64,000 nucleotides of DNA, from the NCBI RefSeq assembly GCF_004010195.1, contig NC_057718.1, positions 75,151,859-75,215,858 on the forward strand, read 5' to 3'. The notes under the pieces were generated by a model. It was not told the DNA's origin. It worked only from the letters and a program-made list of their open reading frames with translations, and did not search any database. Of this stretch, positions 12,004 through 24,682 are shown one piece after another; position 1 is the stretch's first letter, and the number at the start of each line of letters is the position of its first letter. Position numbers and translations under genes: made by a program. The stretch comes from Chiloscyllium plagiosum. Lineage: Eukaryota.

Positions 12004-15000
12004 ATAAGGTATAGGAGCAGACATTACACCATTCAGCCCATCAAGTCTGCTCCACCGGTTAATCATGACTGATATGTTTCTCCCACTTCCTCCCTGTAAC
12101 CCTTGATCATCTTAATACTCAAGATCCTATCTATCTCAGTCTTAAATGTAGTCAATGACCTGGCCTCCACAGCCTTCTGTGGCAATGAATTCCATAGATT
12201 CACCACTCTCTGGCTGAAGTTTCTCCTTGTCTCCATTCTAAAAAGTCTTCCCTTCCCTCCATTTTTTACAGAGTGGTGAGGACAGGGCTGCATTGAAGGG
12301 TAAGTTATTGTTTTTTAAGTGGGTGAGATCTAAACCTGAGACCTTACACCATAGGCTCTCCCTCCCACCACTTCCTCTAACCTTAATAAGAGTCTGAAAA
12401 GCCGGTAAGTTCTTCAGTTTTTTTTTCTCTTCTTTGTTTAGTCCTATGTGGGCTTTCACATTAGTGGGATATGACTGATAGGGCAGTTGCATGTTCCTCC
12501 TGCAGTATGTGGCAGGTGAGAGACATGACACATGTCTTCACTGGCTACATTTGCGGGAAGTGCTCCCAACTCCAGCTCCTCAAAAACTGAGTTAGGGATC
12601 TGGAGCTGGATGAACTGAGGATCATCCGGGAGGCTGTGGGGAAAATTGAGAGGATGTACAAGGAGGTAGTCACTCCTCAGACATAGGATAAGGACGGCTA
12701 GGTTACAGTCAAGGGGAAGAAAGGGAGCCGACAGACAAAGCAGGGATTCCCTGTCTCTGTTCCCCTCAGCAATAAGTATACCATTTTGGATACTGCTGGT
12801 GGGGACGGCCTACCAGGGAAAACCATAGTTGTCAGGTCTCTGGCACTGAGGCTCAGAAGGGAAGGGGGGAGAATAGAAAAGTACTAGTGGTAGGGGACTC
12901 AATAGTTAGATGGATTGATAGGAGATTTCGTGGTCAGGAACGGGACTCCTGGAAGGTATGTTGCCTCCCTGGTGCCAGGGTCTGGGATGTCGCCGATCGG
13001 GTTTACAGGATTCTGAAGGGGGAAGGTGAACAGCTAGAAATTGTGGTACATATTGGCACCAATGATATAGCCAAGAAAGGGACTGAGGATCTGAAAGTGA
13101 CCACAGACAGCTAGGTTGGAAGCTGAAGAGCAAGATGAGTAATGTTCTCAGGTTTGTTATCAGTGCCACAGGGTGAGGAACAGTCAGCGAGTGCAGCTTA
13201 ACACATGGCTGCGAGGCTGGTGTAGGAGGGAGAGCTTCAGATACCTAGACCATTGGGTTACCTTCTGGGGAAGGTGGGATCTGTACATGAAGGACAGATT
13301 GCACCTGAACTGGAGGGGCACAAATGTCCTGGGTGGGAGATTTACTCGTGTGGTTCAGGAGGGTTTAAATTAGTTTGGCAGGGGGGTGGGAATCAGAGCC
13401 ACATATCTGAGAGGGGGGTAGTTAGATATGGGGAAGTAACAGGATGTAATGAATCTATCGGGAAGGTTTTTCATGTGATGAAACAAAGGGATAAGGTGTG
13501 TCTGCTTTAACGCAAGGAGTGTCAGAAATAAGAGTGACGAACTTAGAGGATGGATCAATACTTGGGACTATGATGTTGTGGCCAGAACAGAGAAGTAGGA
13601 TTTACAGGGGCAGGAATGGTTGCTAGATGTTCTAGGGTTAGGGAGAGGTGGGAAAGATGTGGGGGTATAGCATTGCTAATCAGAGAGTGCATCACAGTTA
13701 CAGAAACAAAGGGTGTTGAGGAAGGTTTGTCAACTGAGTCAGGATGGGTGGAAGTTAGGAACAGCAAGGGAGCAGCCACCTCATTGGGGGTTTTCTACAG
13801 ACCCCTAACAGCAGTATGGAGATTGAAGATTTCATCGGCCAGCAGATTTTGGAAAAATGCAGATGTAGCAGGGTTGTTGTTATGGGTGACTTCAACTTTC
13901 CCAATATTGATTGGAACCTCCTTAGTGCAGATGGTTTGGATGGAGCTGTTTTTGTCAGGTATGTTCAGGTGGGTTTCCTTACTCAGTATGTAGACAGACC
14001 AACGAGGGGAGAGGCCATTTTGGAATTGATGCTCAGCAATGAGCCAGGACAGGCGTCAGATCTCGCGGGTGGAGAACATTTTGGTGACAATGACCACAAC
14101 TGCCTTACATTTACCATAGCCATGGAGAGGGAAAGGAGCAGTTACTATGGCAAGATATTTAATTGGGGAAAAGGAAATTATGACGCTATCTGACAGGAAT
14201 TGGGAAATATAGACTGGGAGCAATTGTTCCACAGAAAGGGCAAAACAGACATGTGGAAACTGTTTAAGGAACAGTTGTTGCGAATGATGCATAAATTTGT
14301 TCCTCTGAGACAGGTAAAAAGGGATAAGGTTAAGGAGTCTTGAATAATGAGAACAGAGGAGCTTCTTGTCAACAGGAAGAAGGCAGCTTACGTAAGGTGG
14401 AGGAAGCAAGGATCTAGCACAGCGCTAGAGGATTACAGGCCTACTAGAAAGGAGTTCAAAAATGGACTGAGGAGATCCATGAGGGGCGTGAAAAAGGCTT
14501 AGCAGGAAGGATTAGGGAGAACCCAAAGGCATTTTATTCACATGTGAGGGATAAGAGAATGATCAGGGAGAAGGTAGGGTGGGTCAGGGATAATGTAGAG
14601 AACTTGTACGTGGAGTCTGAGCAGATAGGGGAAGCCCTAAATGAGTTTTTTGCTTCAGGTTTCACTATGGAAAGGGACCTTGTTATGATTGAGAACTTTG
14701 AGAAGCCAGGAAACAGGCTTGAACAGATTAAGATTGAGGAGGTTGATGTGCTGGAAATCTTGGCAAACATTAAGATTGGTAAACCCCAGGCCCAGACTAG
14801 ATTTAGCCAAGGTTGCTCTGAGAAGCAAGAAAGGAGGTTGCTAAGCCGTTGGCGAACATATTTGCTTCCTCACTCTCCACTGGAGTCATACCGGAGGATT
14901 GGAGGGAGGTGAATGTTGTTCCTCTTTTCATGAAGGGTGATAGAGAAATCCCTGGTAATTACAGACCAGTCAGTCTTATGTCTGTGGTCAGTAAGATTTT

Positions 15001-16660
15001 GGAAAGAATTTTGATTGAGAGGATTTATGACTATTTGGAAAAGCATAGCGTGATTAAAGGCAGTCAACATGGCTTTTTGGGGGGCGGGTCATGCCTCATA
15101 TATCTTATTGAGTTCTTTGAGGAGGTGACGAGGCAGGTTGATGAAGGTCAGGCAATGGATATGGTGTATATGGCCTTTAGCAAGGCTTTTGATAAGGTTC
15201 CCCATGATAGGCTAATTCATAAAGTCAGGAGGTATGGCATACAGGGAGATCTGGCTCTCTGGATTCAGAATTGGTTGGCTGACAGAAGGCAGGGAGTGAT
15301 TGTAGATAGAAAATATTCTGCCTGGAGGTCAGTGGTGAGTGATTTCCCACAGGGCTCTGTTCTTGGGCCTCTGCTCTTTGTAGTTTTAGTAAATGACTTG
15401 GATGAGGAGGTTGAGGTGTGGGTTAGTAAATTTGCCGATGACACAAAGGTTGGAGGTGCCATTGATAGTATTGAGGGCTATTGCAGGCTGCAGCGTGACA
15501 TAGACAGGATGCAGAGCTGGGCTGAGAGATGGCAGATGGAATTCAACTTGGATAAATGCGAAGTGATGCATTTTGGAAGGTCAAAATTGAATGCTGAATA
15601 TAGGATTAAAGACAGGATTCTTGGCAGTGTGGAGAAACAGAGGGATCTTGGTGTTCATGTGCATAGATCCCTCAAAGTTGCCACCCAAGTGGATAGGGTT
15701 GTTAAGAAATCATACAGTGTTTTGGCTTTCATCAACGGGGGATCGGGTTTAAGAGTCGCGAAGTTTTGCTGCAGCTCTACAAAACCCTAGTGAGACCACA
15801 CTTGGAATATTGTGTCCAATTCTGGCCGCCTATTATAGGAAAGATGCAGATGCTTATGGAGAGGGAGCAAAGAAGGTTTACCAGGATGCTGCCTGGACTG
15901 GAGGGTTTGTCTTATGAAGTGAGGTTGACTAAGCTTGGACTTTTCTCTCTGGAGAGAAGGAGGAAGAGAGGTGACCTGATCGAGGTGTACAAGGTAATGA
16001 GAAGCATAGATAAAATCGATAGCCAGAGACTTTTTGCCAGGGCAGGATTGACTGCTACGAGTGGTCATAGTTTTAAGGTGTTAGGAGGAAGGTATCAAGG
16101 AGATGTTGGAGGTAGGTTCTTTATGCCGAGTTGTGAATGCATAGAATGCGTTGCCAGCGGTGGTGGTGGAAGCAGAGTCCTTAGGGACATTTAAGCGACT
16201 GCTGGACATGCACATAGACAGCAGTGAGTTGAGGTGTGCATAGGTTAGGTTGTTTTATTTTATATTATGACTAATCCTTGGCACAACATCATGGGCCGAA
16301 GGGCCTGTTCTTGTGCTGTACTTTTCTATGTTCTATGTACTCAAAGGCTGTGCCTTTGGCTCCTTGTCTCTCCTACCAATGGAAACATCTTCTCAACATC
16401 TACTTTGTTCAGGCCATTCAGTATTCTGCATGTTTCAAATACACCTCCCCTCATCCTTCTGAACTCCAATGAGTATAGACTCAGAGTCCTTAAAATGTTC
16501 CTCATATGTTAAGCTTTTCATTCCTGGGACAATTCTTGTGAACTTCCTCTGAACACACTCCAAGGCCTGAGATATGGGACCCAAACCTGTGCACAATACT
16601 TCAAAAATGTGGTCTGACCAGAGTCTTATAGAGCTTCCGAAGTACATGGACAAAATTGTA
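12004..16660 (-). mobile_element. Older CR1 3' fragment split in two (12004-12255, 16340-16660) by a younger CR1
   Basis: FSQRVVNLWNSLPQKAVEA on the left part, ALECVQRKFTRIVPGMKSLTYEE on the right part. Confidence 0.7.
12262..16337 (+). mobile_element. Near full-length CR1 (HER1-type) LINE: ORF1 zinc finger + SGNH esterase, ORF2 EN-RT; disrupted
   Basis: ORF1 from about 12471: CSSC..CGKC, VVGDSIVR, VHIGTND, DRLHLN. ORF2: MGDFNFPNIDW, NYRPVSL, KAFDKVPH, PQGSVLGP, KFADDTK. (TTCTATG)n tail. Confidence 0.92.
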
Positions 16661-16817
16661 CTATCTATAAGATGCACTGCAGAAATTCAGAGATCTTCAG
16701 ACAAAACCTTCTAAACCATGAACACTTCCATCCAGAAGGACAAAATCAGCAGCTACCAAAAGAGAAAATGCTGGAAAATCGCAGCAGGTCTGGCAGCATC
16801 TGTAAGGAGAGAAAAGT

Positions 16818-17194
16818 TTTTTTTTATTTCAAAAGTATGCTTTATTCATAAAATATTTTGATGATCTGTACAATTGGTCATGCCATACATCCGTAAACAT
16901 TCCATTTCTTGGTATACAGAGACAGAGTAATCATTCAAATATACAGGTCTGTACAATTACATATTTTGCTGAGGGGTCAGCGGAGCCCAAATGACTGCCT
17001 GTTCTTCTTAGGCAGGCAGATGTTACACGGTGGTCTTTCTCCACTGCGCCTTGACGGCAGCTGCCCCAAGCTTCAGCGCGTCCCTCAACACGTAGTCCTG
17101 GACCTTGGAATGTGCCAGTCTGCAACACTCAGCCGGGGTCAACTCCTTCAGCTGGAAGATCAACAGGTTTCGGACCACCTAGAGAGCGTCCTTG
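16818..17194 (-). mobile_element. Tx1 family B 3' fragment
   Basis: Minus frame RNLLIFQLKELTPAECCRLAHSKVQDYVLRDALKLGAAA, AATAAA, polyA. Confidence 0.8.
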
Positions 17195-17283
17195 TGAGCC
17201 TTGGTCATTCACAACTCCTAATCTCCCTATAATCTCTCTATGCACTGTCATTATCACCTCTTTATTGCTACCTTTGCTTCTGG

Positions 17284-20200
17284 AGTCATTGTTTTTACCT
17301 AGTTGATTTTAACCCTACTGCGAATCCTCTTGCAAGGATGCCTGCCTTGAAGAAGTTCTCATCCTCTCTCTACAAGAATCTCAGGGAGTCCCTCTCCCAC
17401 TGCAACTCCCAGGTCATTTCTTCTGCCCTGAAGCTCTTCAACCATGTCGTGAAACAAACTCGCTACCACAGCCACATTTGCTTCCTCAGTGCCTGCCTCC
17501 GTAACCAACTCATCCCGCAAGGACTCCGGACCACCTTTAAACCAGCAGAGTTTGGACCCGAACAGGACAAAGTGTACAGACTACAGATTCAAAAACACCA
17601 GCAACGGTTCTCCTTCAAGCTCCTCCGCTCCACGCTTGCAGCAATGCGCTGGCACCTAACCTCTCTACAGTCAGCCCTGCCTCAGCTGAGGGCCACACTC
17701 TCTCAGAATTGCAAAGGACCCACTCTGTACTACATCCTCAGGAGAATTCATACTCTCAACAAACAGTATTTCAATTTCATCTCAAACATCAAAAACTGTA
17801 AGTACAACAAACTTTTATCTACCCACCTCCATAACCAGCAGTCCTCAAACATTCCAGAAGATTCCCCTGGCCTCTGGAACTGCTCGGACGCCATTAGCCT
17901 ACTGCCATGTCTGCCACCACTTCCACCCCCACCAACGCCACTCACTTGCATTCTGCTGACACGCCCCCCCCACAGATCCCACTGTCACCATTCCTGGCCC
18001 CCAGAACCCTGAGGAGAACACCATTCCTGGTCATGACTCCACCTCCATTCTCCCCACCATCACACCCACTCCAGTTACCGGCTCCGCCCCCACTCCCAGC
18101 TCCACACCCACACCAGATCCCAGCTCCCAGCCCGGCCGAGTTTTCACCATCCCTCCAGACCTCCCTTTCACCGAGGACAAACGATCAGTCCTCAGCAAAG
18201 GACTCACCTTCATCCCCCTCCGTCCACGCATCAATGAATTTAATACACGTCGTGACATCGAACACTTCTTCCGCTGCCTCTGCCTCCGCCTCCGAGCTTA
18301 CTTTCACAATCAGGACTCCCGCCCACCTTCCAAGGACCCCTTTGCCCACCTCCAACACATTGCATCCACCTGGACACCCCGCGCTGGCCTATTACCTGCC
18401 CTCGACCTCTTCATTTCCAACTGCCGCCGGGACATTAACCACCCCCCACCAGCGCCACATGGTCTGTGCAGGGTCCTGCAAGAGTTACAGATATTATGGT
18501 CTCTGGTCTTTGGATAAGGTGAAACCCTCACTCAAATGAATTGCAAGTGGTAGCAGCTTACCCCCTGTAATTTGGCAAGTTGGCATCTCTCCGACTATGT
18601 GAGAATACGTTCTATTAATATTTCCCAAAGGGAAGGTTGCTGCTATTTTTGTTTTGGAAATTCTAATGGCACAAGAATAACTTGCTTTGATGGACAATGT
18701 AATTCTCTCTTTCTCTTTCTGTTAATGCTACAGCTATATCTCTCCTGTTGGATTGTTGCATAATCTTGTGTACTCGGAGTTCCAAATAAATTACCTGCCA
18801 TGTCTAGAGAACACCTAGCCTGTGCATGTCTGGGGTAATTTAGTATGGCCAAACCATCTGACTTGCACATCTTTGGACTGTGGGAGGAAACTGATGCAGG
18901 CCCGGGGAGAACGTGCTAGCAACAGAAAAGGAACTAACACAAGTTAAGAAAGACATTTAAAAGTAGAGAATTGCAGTTCATCAAGACATCACAATGTACA
19001 CCCCACAGCCAGTGCAGTACATCTGGCGTGTAGCAGACATGCTGAAATTGTGAGAGATGTGATAAGATGAAATGTGATTTAGCGGCACCATTCCCCACCT
19101 CTTCCTCCGCTACATTGTTGACTGCATTGGCGCCACCTCGTGCTCCCGCGGGGAGGTTGAGCAATTCATCAACTTCACCAACACATTCCACCATGACCTT
19201 AAGTTTACCTGGACCATCTCTGACACCTCCCTCCCCTTCCTGGACCTCTCCATCTCCATTAATAATGACCGACTTGACACTGACATTTTTTACAAACCCA
19301 CCGACTCCCACAGCTACCTGGATTACACCTCTTCCCACTCTACCTCTTGCAAAAATGCCATCCCATATTCCCAATTCCTCCGCCTCCGCCGTATCTGCTC
19401 CCAGGAGGACCAGTTCCACCACAGAACACACCAGATGGCCTCCTTCTTTAGAGACCTCAATTTCCCTTCCCACATGGTTAAAGATGCCCTCCAACGCATC
19501 TTGTCCACATTCCGCACTTCCGCCCTCAGATCCCACCCTCCAACCGTAACAAGGACAGAACGCCCCTGGTGCTCACCTTCCACCCTACCAACCTTCGCAT
19601 AAACCAAATCATCCGCCGACATTTCAGCCACCTCCAAAAAGACCCCACCACCAGGGATATATTTCCCTCCCCACCCCTTTCCGCCTTCCGCAAAGACCGT
19701 ATCCTCCGTGACTACCTGGTCAGGTCCACGCTCCCCTACAACCCACCGTCCCATCCTGGTACCTTCCCCTGCCAGGAATTGCAAAACCTGTGCCCACACC
19801 TCCTCCCTCACCTCCATCCAAGGCCCTAAAAGAGCCTTCCACATCCATCAAAGTTTTACCTGCACATCCACTAATATCATTTATTGTATGCGTTGCTCCC
19901 GATGCGGTCTCATCTACATTGGGGAGACTGGACGCCTTCTAGCAGAGCGCTTTAGGGAACATCTCCGGGACACCCGCACCAATCAACCATACTGCCCTGT
20001 GGCCCAACATTTCAACTCCCCCTCCCACTCTGCCGAGGACATGGAGGTCCTGGGCCTCCTTCACCACCACTCCCTCACCACCAGACACCTGGAGGAAGAA
20101 CCGCCTCATCTTCTGCCTCGGAAAACTTCAACCCCAAGGTATCAATGTGGACTTCAAAAGTTTCCTCATTTCCCCTTCCCCCAGTTCCAAATTTACAGCT

Positions 20201-20488
20201 CAGCACTGTCCCCATGACTTGTCTGGACTTGTCCTACCTGCCTATCTTCTTTTCCACCTATCCACTCCCCCACTCAACTATTGTACTCTATGCTACTTTC
20301 TCCCCACCCCCACCCTCCTCTAGCTTATCTCTCCATCCTTCAGGCTGTCTGCCTTTATTCCTAATGAAGGGCTTTTGCCCGAAACGTTGATGTTACTGCT
20401 CCACAGATGCTGCCTGAACTGCTGTGCTCTTCCAGCACCACTAATCCAGAATCTGGTTTTCAGCATCTACAGTCATTGTTTTTAACCT
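17284..20488 (+). mobile_element. Penelope-like element family B (N-terminal region, RT, GIY-YIG, pLTR), disrupted
   Basis: ORF from 17338; SVLSKGLTF; RYI(V)D motif near 19110; IYCMRCSRCGLIYIGETGRLLAERFREH (GIY-YIG); agtcattgtttt at both ends. Confidence 0.9.
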
Positions 20489-20532
20489 TCTCTGAGCCTC
20501 GTATAAATACCTCCCTATTTCTCCCTTTTTTT

Positions 20533-20571
20533 AGCTTTGACAAAGGGTCAGTTAGACTCAAAACGTCAGCT
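20533..20571 (+). ncRNA. Minimal type I hammerhead motif, U3-A8 core variant (G12 mutated in this copy)
   Basis: agct-TTGACAA-a-gggtc-agtta-gactc-AAAA-cg-TC-agct. Confidence 0.55.
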
Positions 20572-21159
20572 CTTTTCACTCCTTACAGATGCTGCCAGGC
20601 CTGCTGAGATTTTCCAGCATTTTCTCTTTTGATTTCAGATTCCAGCAGCCGCAGTAATTTGCTTTTATCTAAGGTCAGCAGTTATTTGGGAACACCACCA
20701 AGTTCCCCTCCAAGCCACTCAGCATCCTGACTTGGAAATATATTGCTGTTCCTTCACTGTTGCCGGTTGTAAATCCAGGAATTCCCTCCCTAATGACATT
20801 GTAGGTCAATCTACCACAGGTGGACTGCAGCAGTTTAACAAGGCAGCTCACCATCACCTTCTCAAGGACAATCAGGAACAGGCAATAAATGCTGGCCAGC
20901 CAGTGACACTGCTATCCCACAAACGAATTAAAAAATATATGTTTTTCTTGGCAGTAAGTTTTCAAAGTAAAGAACCCAATTGCAGAGAAAAAGCCAAGTC
21001 ATGTAGGACTGAAATGAGGAGGAACTTCTTCACTTAGTGTGATGATCTTTAGAATTCATAGTCCAGAGGCCTGTGGAAGCTCTGACATTAAATACAAATA
21101 TAATTATCAAGATCTAGTTACTAATAACATCAAGGGATATGACATTGAATGGATTGCGA

Positions 21160-21495
21160 ACCATGTGTTAGTTTGGTGATGTCACTGCACTCGGAATCCA
21201 ATGTCCCTCATATATTTTATTTTAATATTTTAGGGACGTGGGTTTGATTCCCATCATAGTAGTTGGCGAAATTTGATTTCTTTTAAAAAAAAAGACAAAT
21301 AACAATCTGGAATTATAAGCCATGTGGCCATGTCAATTGTAAAAAGTAACCAGCTGGTTCATAAATGTCCTTTGGTGAATAAAGCCTGTGTTTCTTACCT
21401 GCCGTGGCCTGTGTGTGACTCCAGAGCCACAGAAATATGTTTGCCTCTGAAAAGGCATCGCAAACCAGTGACTTTATTGGCAATAAATATTGGCA
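21160..21495 (+). mobile_element. Degraded tRNA-headed SINE sharing the L2-group 3' tail
   Basis: tggtgatgtcactg...gggtttgattccc (A/B-box like); ends ggcaataaatattggc. Minus-strand fragments near 35400, 38600 and 41350. Confidence 0.6.
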
Positions 21496-21498
21496 GAA

Positions 21499-22887
21499 CA
21501 TTGATGATCATACTCAATTACACTCCCTGATTGTGCAAACATCCAGATATTTTAACTTACCTGCACACACCCACCAATTCTTCCAATCTCTCACTACCCA
21601 CTCATTCTACATACCATAGCTAATTAGCTGGAACTATGAGTTAACACTCAACCAATTACAGTATTACACAGTTGCCAACCTACCGTTTCTCCCTCTCCTG
21701 CAGAGAAAAGTAATACACAATAGAAGAGAGCAGAAATGAGCTGGTAGTGACAAAAAAAAGTGTGAAAGATGGAACAGGCTTCACAGGTTGAGTGGCTTAG
21801 TCCTACGCTTCTAAATCCCATTTGACATTCAGATAAGTGGAGATACCTTTTTTAAGAGCACTGCTTGAGTGTGTGGGGATGAGGGTAGGTGAAGTTACTT
21901 TTTTTAAGTTGAGCTTGCGGGAATGAAGATGTGTAAAGTATTAACTACTAAACTATAACATGAAATGTACTGTTTTGTGTTCTCTGCTGCTTTAACCATC
22001 ACAAGCCTCTGTTCCATCTGCAAGTTTTACCTTGAATATTCAGTCATTTGTCATTTTAATGTGTTTCCTCACTCGTCTCTGACTTCGGCCTCTTAGGTTT
22101 CTCAAATGAAGGTTGGTAACAGCCTGAGAAACAGCACCATATTTTTCAGTTAGACATTTACACCCTTCTGGACTCCATGCTATGTTCATCATTTCAGATC
22201 ATTGCCCTGATTCTTCAGACAGCTGTGTTTGGTAGTTATTCTGCTATTGCCATTTACATTGTCTCTGAACTACCCTTTTGCTCTTTCAATTTGTTTAATT
22301 ACTATGTAATTTACTTTGTATGATCATCCCCATTGCTATTTAAATCCCTTCTCTACCAAACCCTCTCTTACAGATTTTCCCTTTTGCTCATTTATCCCAT
22401 CTCTCCACCACTGCTTGAGTATTTGTGTAAAATCTATTACATCCGCAACTCCTTTCCAGCTCTGATGAACAATCACTGACCTGGAACGTTAACTTTCGTT
22501 ATCTCTGCAGGAATGCTGCCTGACCTGCTACATTTCCTTCTGTCGTTTCTGTTTACATGTCATTAAGTATACTTAACTAACTAAATTAAAAGTAAATGAA
22601 AGGGTCTTGGAAAAGGCAAGCCCAATCCACAACACAAACGTCATAGCCAACTCTTTTCTGCGTCCTTATATTGTGTGTTCCTTTTCCCTGCAGGAGAGGG
22701 GAGAGGCAGTAGGTTGGTGATAGTATAATACTGTGTTGGTTGAGAGTTAGCTCAGTTCCAGCTAATTAGCATGATATGTATTAATGAGTAGTCAGTGAGA
22801 GGTTGGAAGAATTGGTGGGTGTGAGAGAGTAAGGTGAAATCTCTGGATGTTAGGGTGATCAGGGTGTGTAATTGAGTATGATCCAAT
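21499..22887. mobile_element. Long-TIR (about 210 bp) foldback/MITE-like element
   Basis: 21499-21710 is an imperfect inverted repeat of 22681-22887; an old PLE 3' fragment lies inside (about 22085-22560). Confidence 0.7.
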
Positions 22888-22889
22888 GA

Positions 22890-23180
22890 ACAACATGAGA
22901 GGCTATTGGGGTAATAAATACGAGGTGCCATGTAAAGTTGCAAGCATTGGTTGACCCATGTAAGGTCATGAAACTTCTTGTAGTATTGCCTCCAGGTCTT
23001 TTGGTCTATTCTGGATGAGTTGGCCTTAAAGGCCATTCACTTCCTACTGAGGCTGTTTCTTGAGAGTCTTCAGACACCCTGCTCACTTGTCAACAATGCT
23101 TCTTCTGAAAGTGCCGGTGTTTATCTTCTAGCAATTTGCACTGCAACTGTCTTTCTCTCCTGTTTCATGACGTGATCTGT
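22890..23180 (-). pseudogene. Candidate degraded exon
   Basis: Strong acceptor ttttttcttaaag/acag; frames ITS*NRRERQLQCKLLEDKHRHFQKKHC*QVSRVSEDSQETASVGSEW and DQKTWRQYYKKFH. Confidence 0.3.
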
Positions 23181-23511
23181 CTTTAAGAAAAAAAGATGTT
23201 TCTGTACTACATGATCAGGAAGAAACATTGCTGGGACCATCTGTTGTATGTAGCAGAATTGCAAGAAAATGACAAGCAATGGGATCCAAATTCCTGTACT
23301 GGATGATTCAGATGAGATGATTACTCCACATTTGTATCTTAACCACCTCTATGTGAATAGACATGAGAATATTGCCAACTCTAGCCCTTGAAGTTCAAAT
23401 GTTACCGCAATTGAATTTGAATCCACTACTTCAGTGGTGTGTAGATTTTGTTTGTTGTTAAATAGAATATGGACAGAATTTGTATTCCTGCCATTATCAT
23501 ATTTTCACCAG

Positions 23512-23660
23512 TCTAGATTAGAGTGGTGCTGGAAAAGCACAGCAGGTCAGGCAGCATCTGAGGAGCAGGAAAAATCGACGTTTCAGGCAAAAGCCCTTCA
23601 TCTTATGTCCTGATCTAATCTGGACTCTGATTTCCAGCATCTGCAGTCCTCACTTTTGCC
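23512..23660. mobile_element. Inverted pLTR mini-PLE (family B), 15-bp TSD
   Basis: TSD tcatattttcaccag at 23497-23511 and 23661-23675. Confidence 0.8.
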
Positions 23661-24351
23661 TCATATTTTCACCAGCCTGGCAGGTGGGTGTCATGATATC
23701 TGCCCACCAGAGAATCAATCAAGGCCATTTAGTGGCTAACCGAAGCCTATCTAAAGGCTCCATCCCGCCATTGGAAAGACCTTCACCAAGTATCCAACCC
23801 GCAGACTTCACTGTGCAGGCTATTGGTCATCCTTGGGCCCATCAGTCCCTCCTGCAATTTGTTACACTGTTCCACTGGCCAACCTACCCAGACACCAGTC
23901 CACCCCTGCTCCTTACTAGGTCTTCTAGCAAAGCTGAAACATCCCATTTACCATCGTCTCTGGCACCACGCTCCCTCACCAGCAGGATTGGATATAGTTT
24001 CGGAGGTGTTGCAGACACCAAATGGTTTTGGCCAACTGAATTGCCAGCAGCTCTTGGTTCCCAGCAACTATTGTATCGTAGGGGTTGGACTGCCACAGCA
24101 CACCCACAATATGATGCTCTACTTTAAATTTGATAAAGTTTCATTTGTGATTTGGTTTTTATTACACCACCCCTTGGGGACTGAAAATTCTAGTTTGGTC
24201 AAACGTTTTACTAAGAGTAGGAAAGTGAAATGTTGTAAAAGGCATATTCTCATAGAGGGAGAGGGGCTCTGAAGGCCATTCTTGATACAGACTGAGAAGG
24301 CAATGGGGAGTATATAGCCACCATTGTTAAATGTGAGTAATATAGTTCTGT

Positions 24352-24682
24352 GCTGAAAATGTGTTGCTGGAACAGCGCAGCAGGTCAGGCAGCATCCAAG
24401 GAACAGGAGAATCGACGTTTCGGGCATAAGCCCTTCTTCAGGAATGAGGAAAGTGTGTCCAGCAGGCTAAGATAAAAAGGTAGGGAGGAGGGACTTGGGG
24501 GAGGGGCATTGGAAATGCGATAGGTGAAAGGAGGTCAAGGTGAAGGTGATAGGCCGGAGTGGGGGTGGGCACGGAGAGGTCAGGAAGAAGATTGCAGGTT
24601 AGGAAGGTGGTGCTGAGTTCAAGGGATTTGACTGAGACAAGGTGGGGGGAGGGGAAATGAGGAAACTGGAGAAATCTGAGTT
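24352..24682 (-). mobile_element. PLE family B 3' end with intact hammerhead motif
   Basis: Minus strand ctgaagaagggcttatgcccgaaacgtcgatt; homologous to 20150-20460. Confidence 0.8.

Larger units (their letters stand above)
16757..20670 (+). mobile_element. PLE family D shell with inverted pLTR (16757-16817 inverted vs 20572-20632)
   Basis: Inverted copy of cttttcactccttacagatgctgcc...attttctcttttg; hammerhead variant at 20533-20571. Confidence 0.7.
16680..20936 (+). mobile_element. L2-group LINE 3' end split (16680-16756, 20672-20936) by nested PLE/Tx1 insertions
   Basis: Continuous 3' sequence ending ggcaataaatgctggccagcc...atcccacaaacgaattaaaaaa; tcagcagYta duplicated at both breakpoints. 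Confidence 0.65.

Noticed and set aside
16818..17194. Target specificity of Tx1 family B
   Set aside because: The two 3' junctions (16817 and about 42727) share no evident motif.
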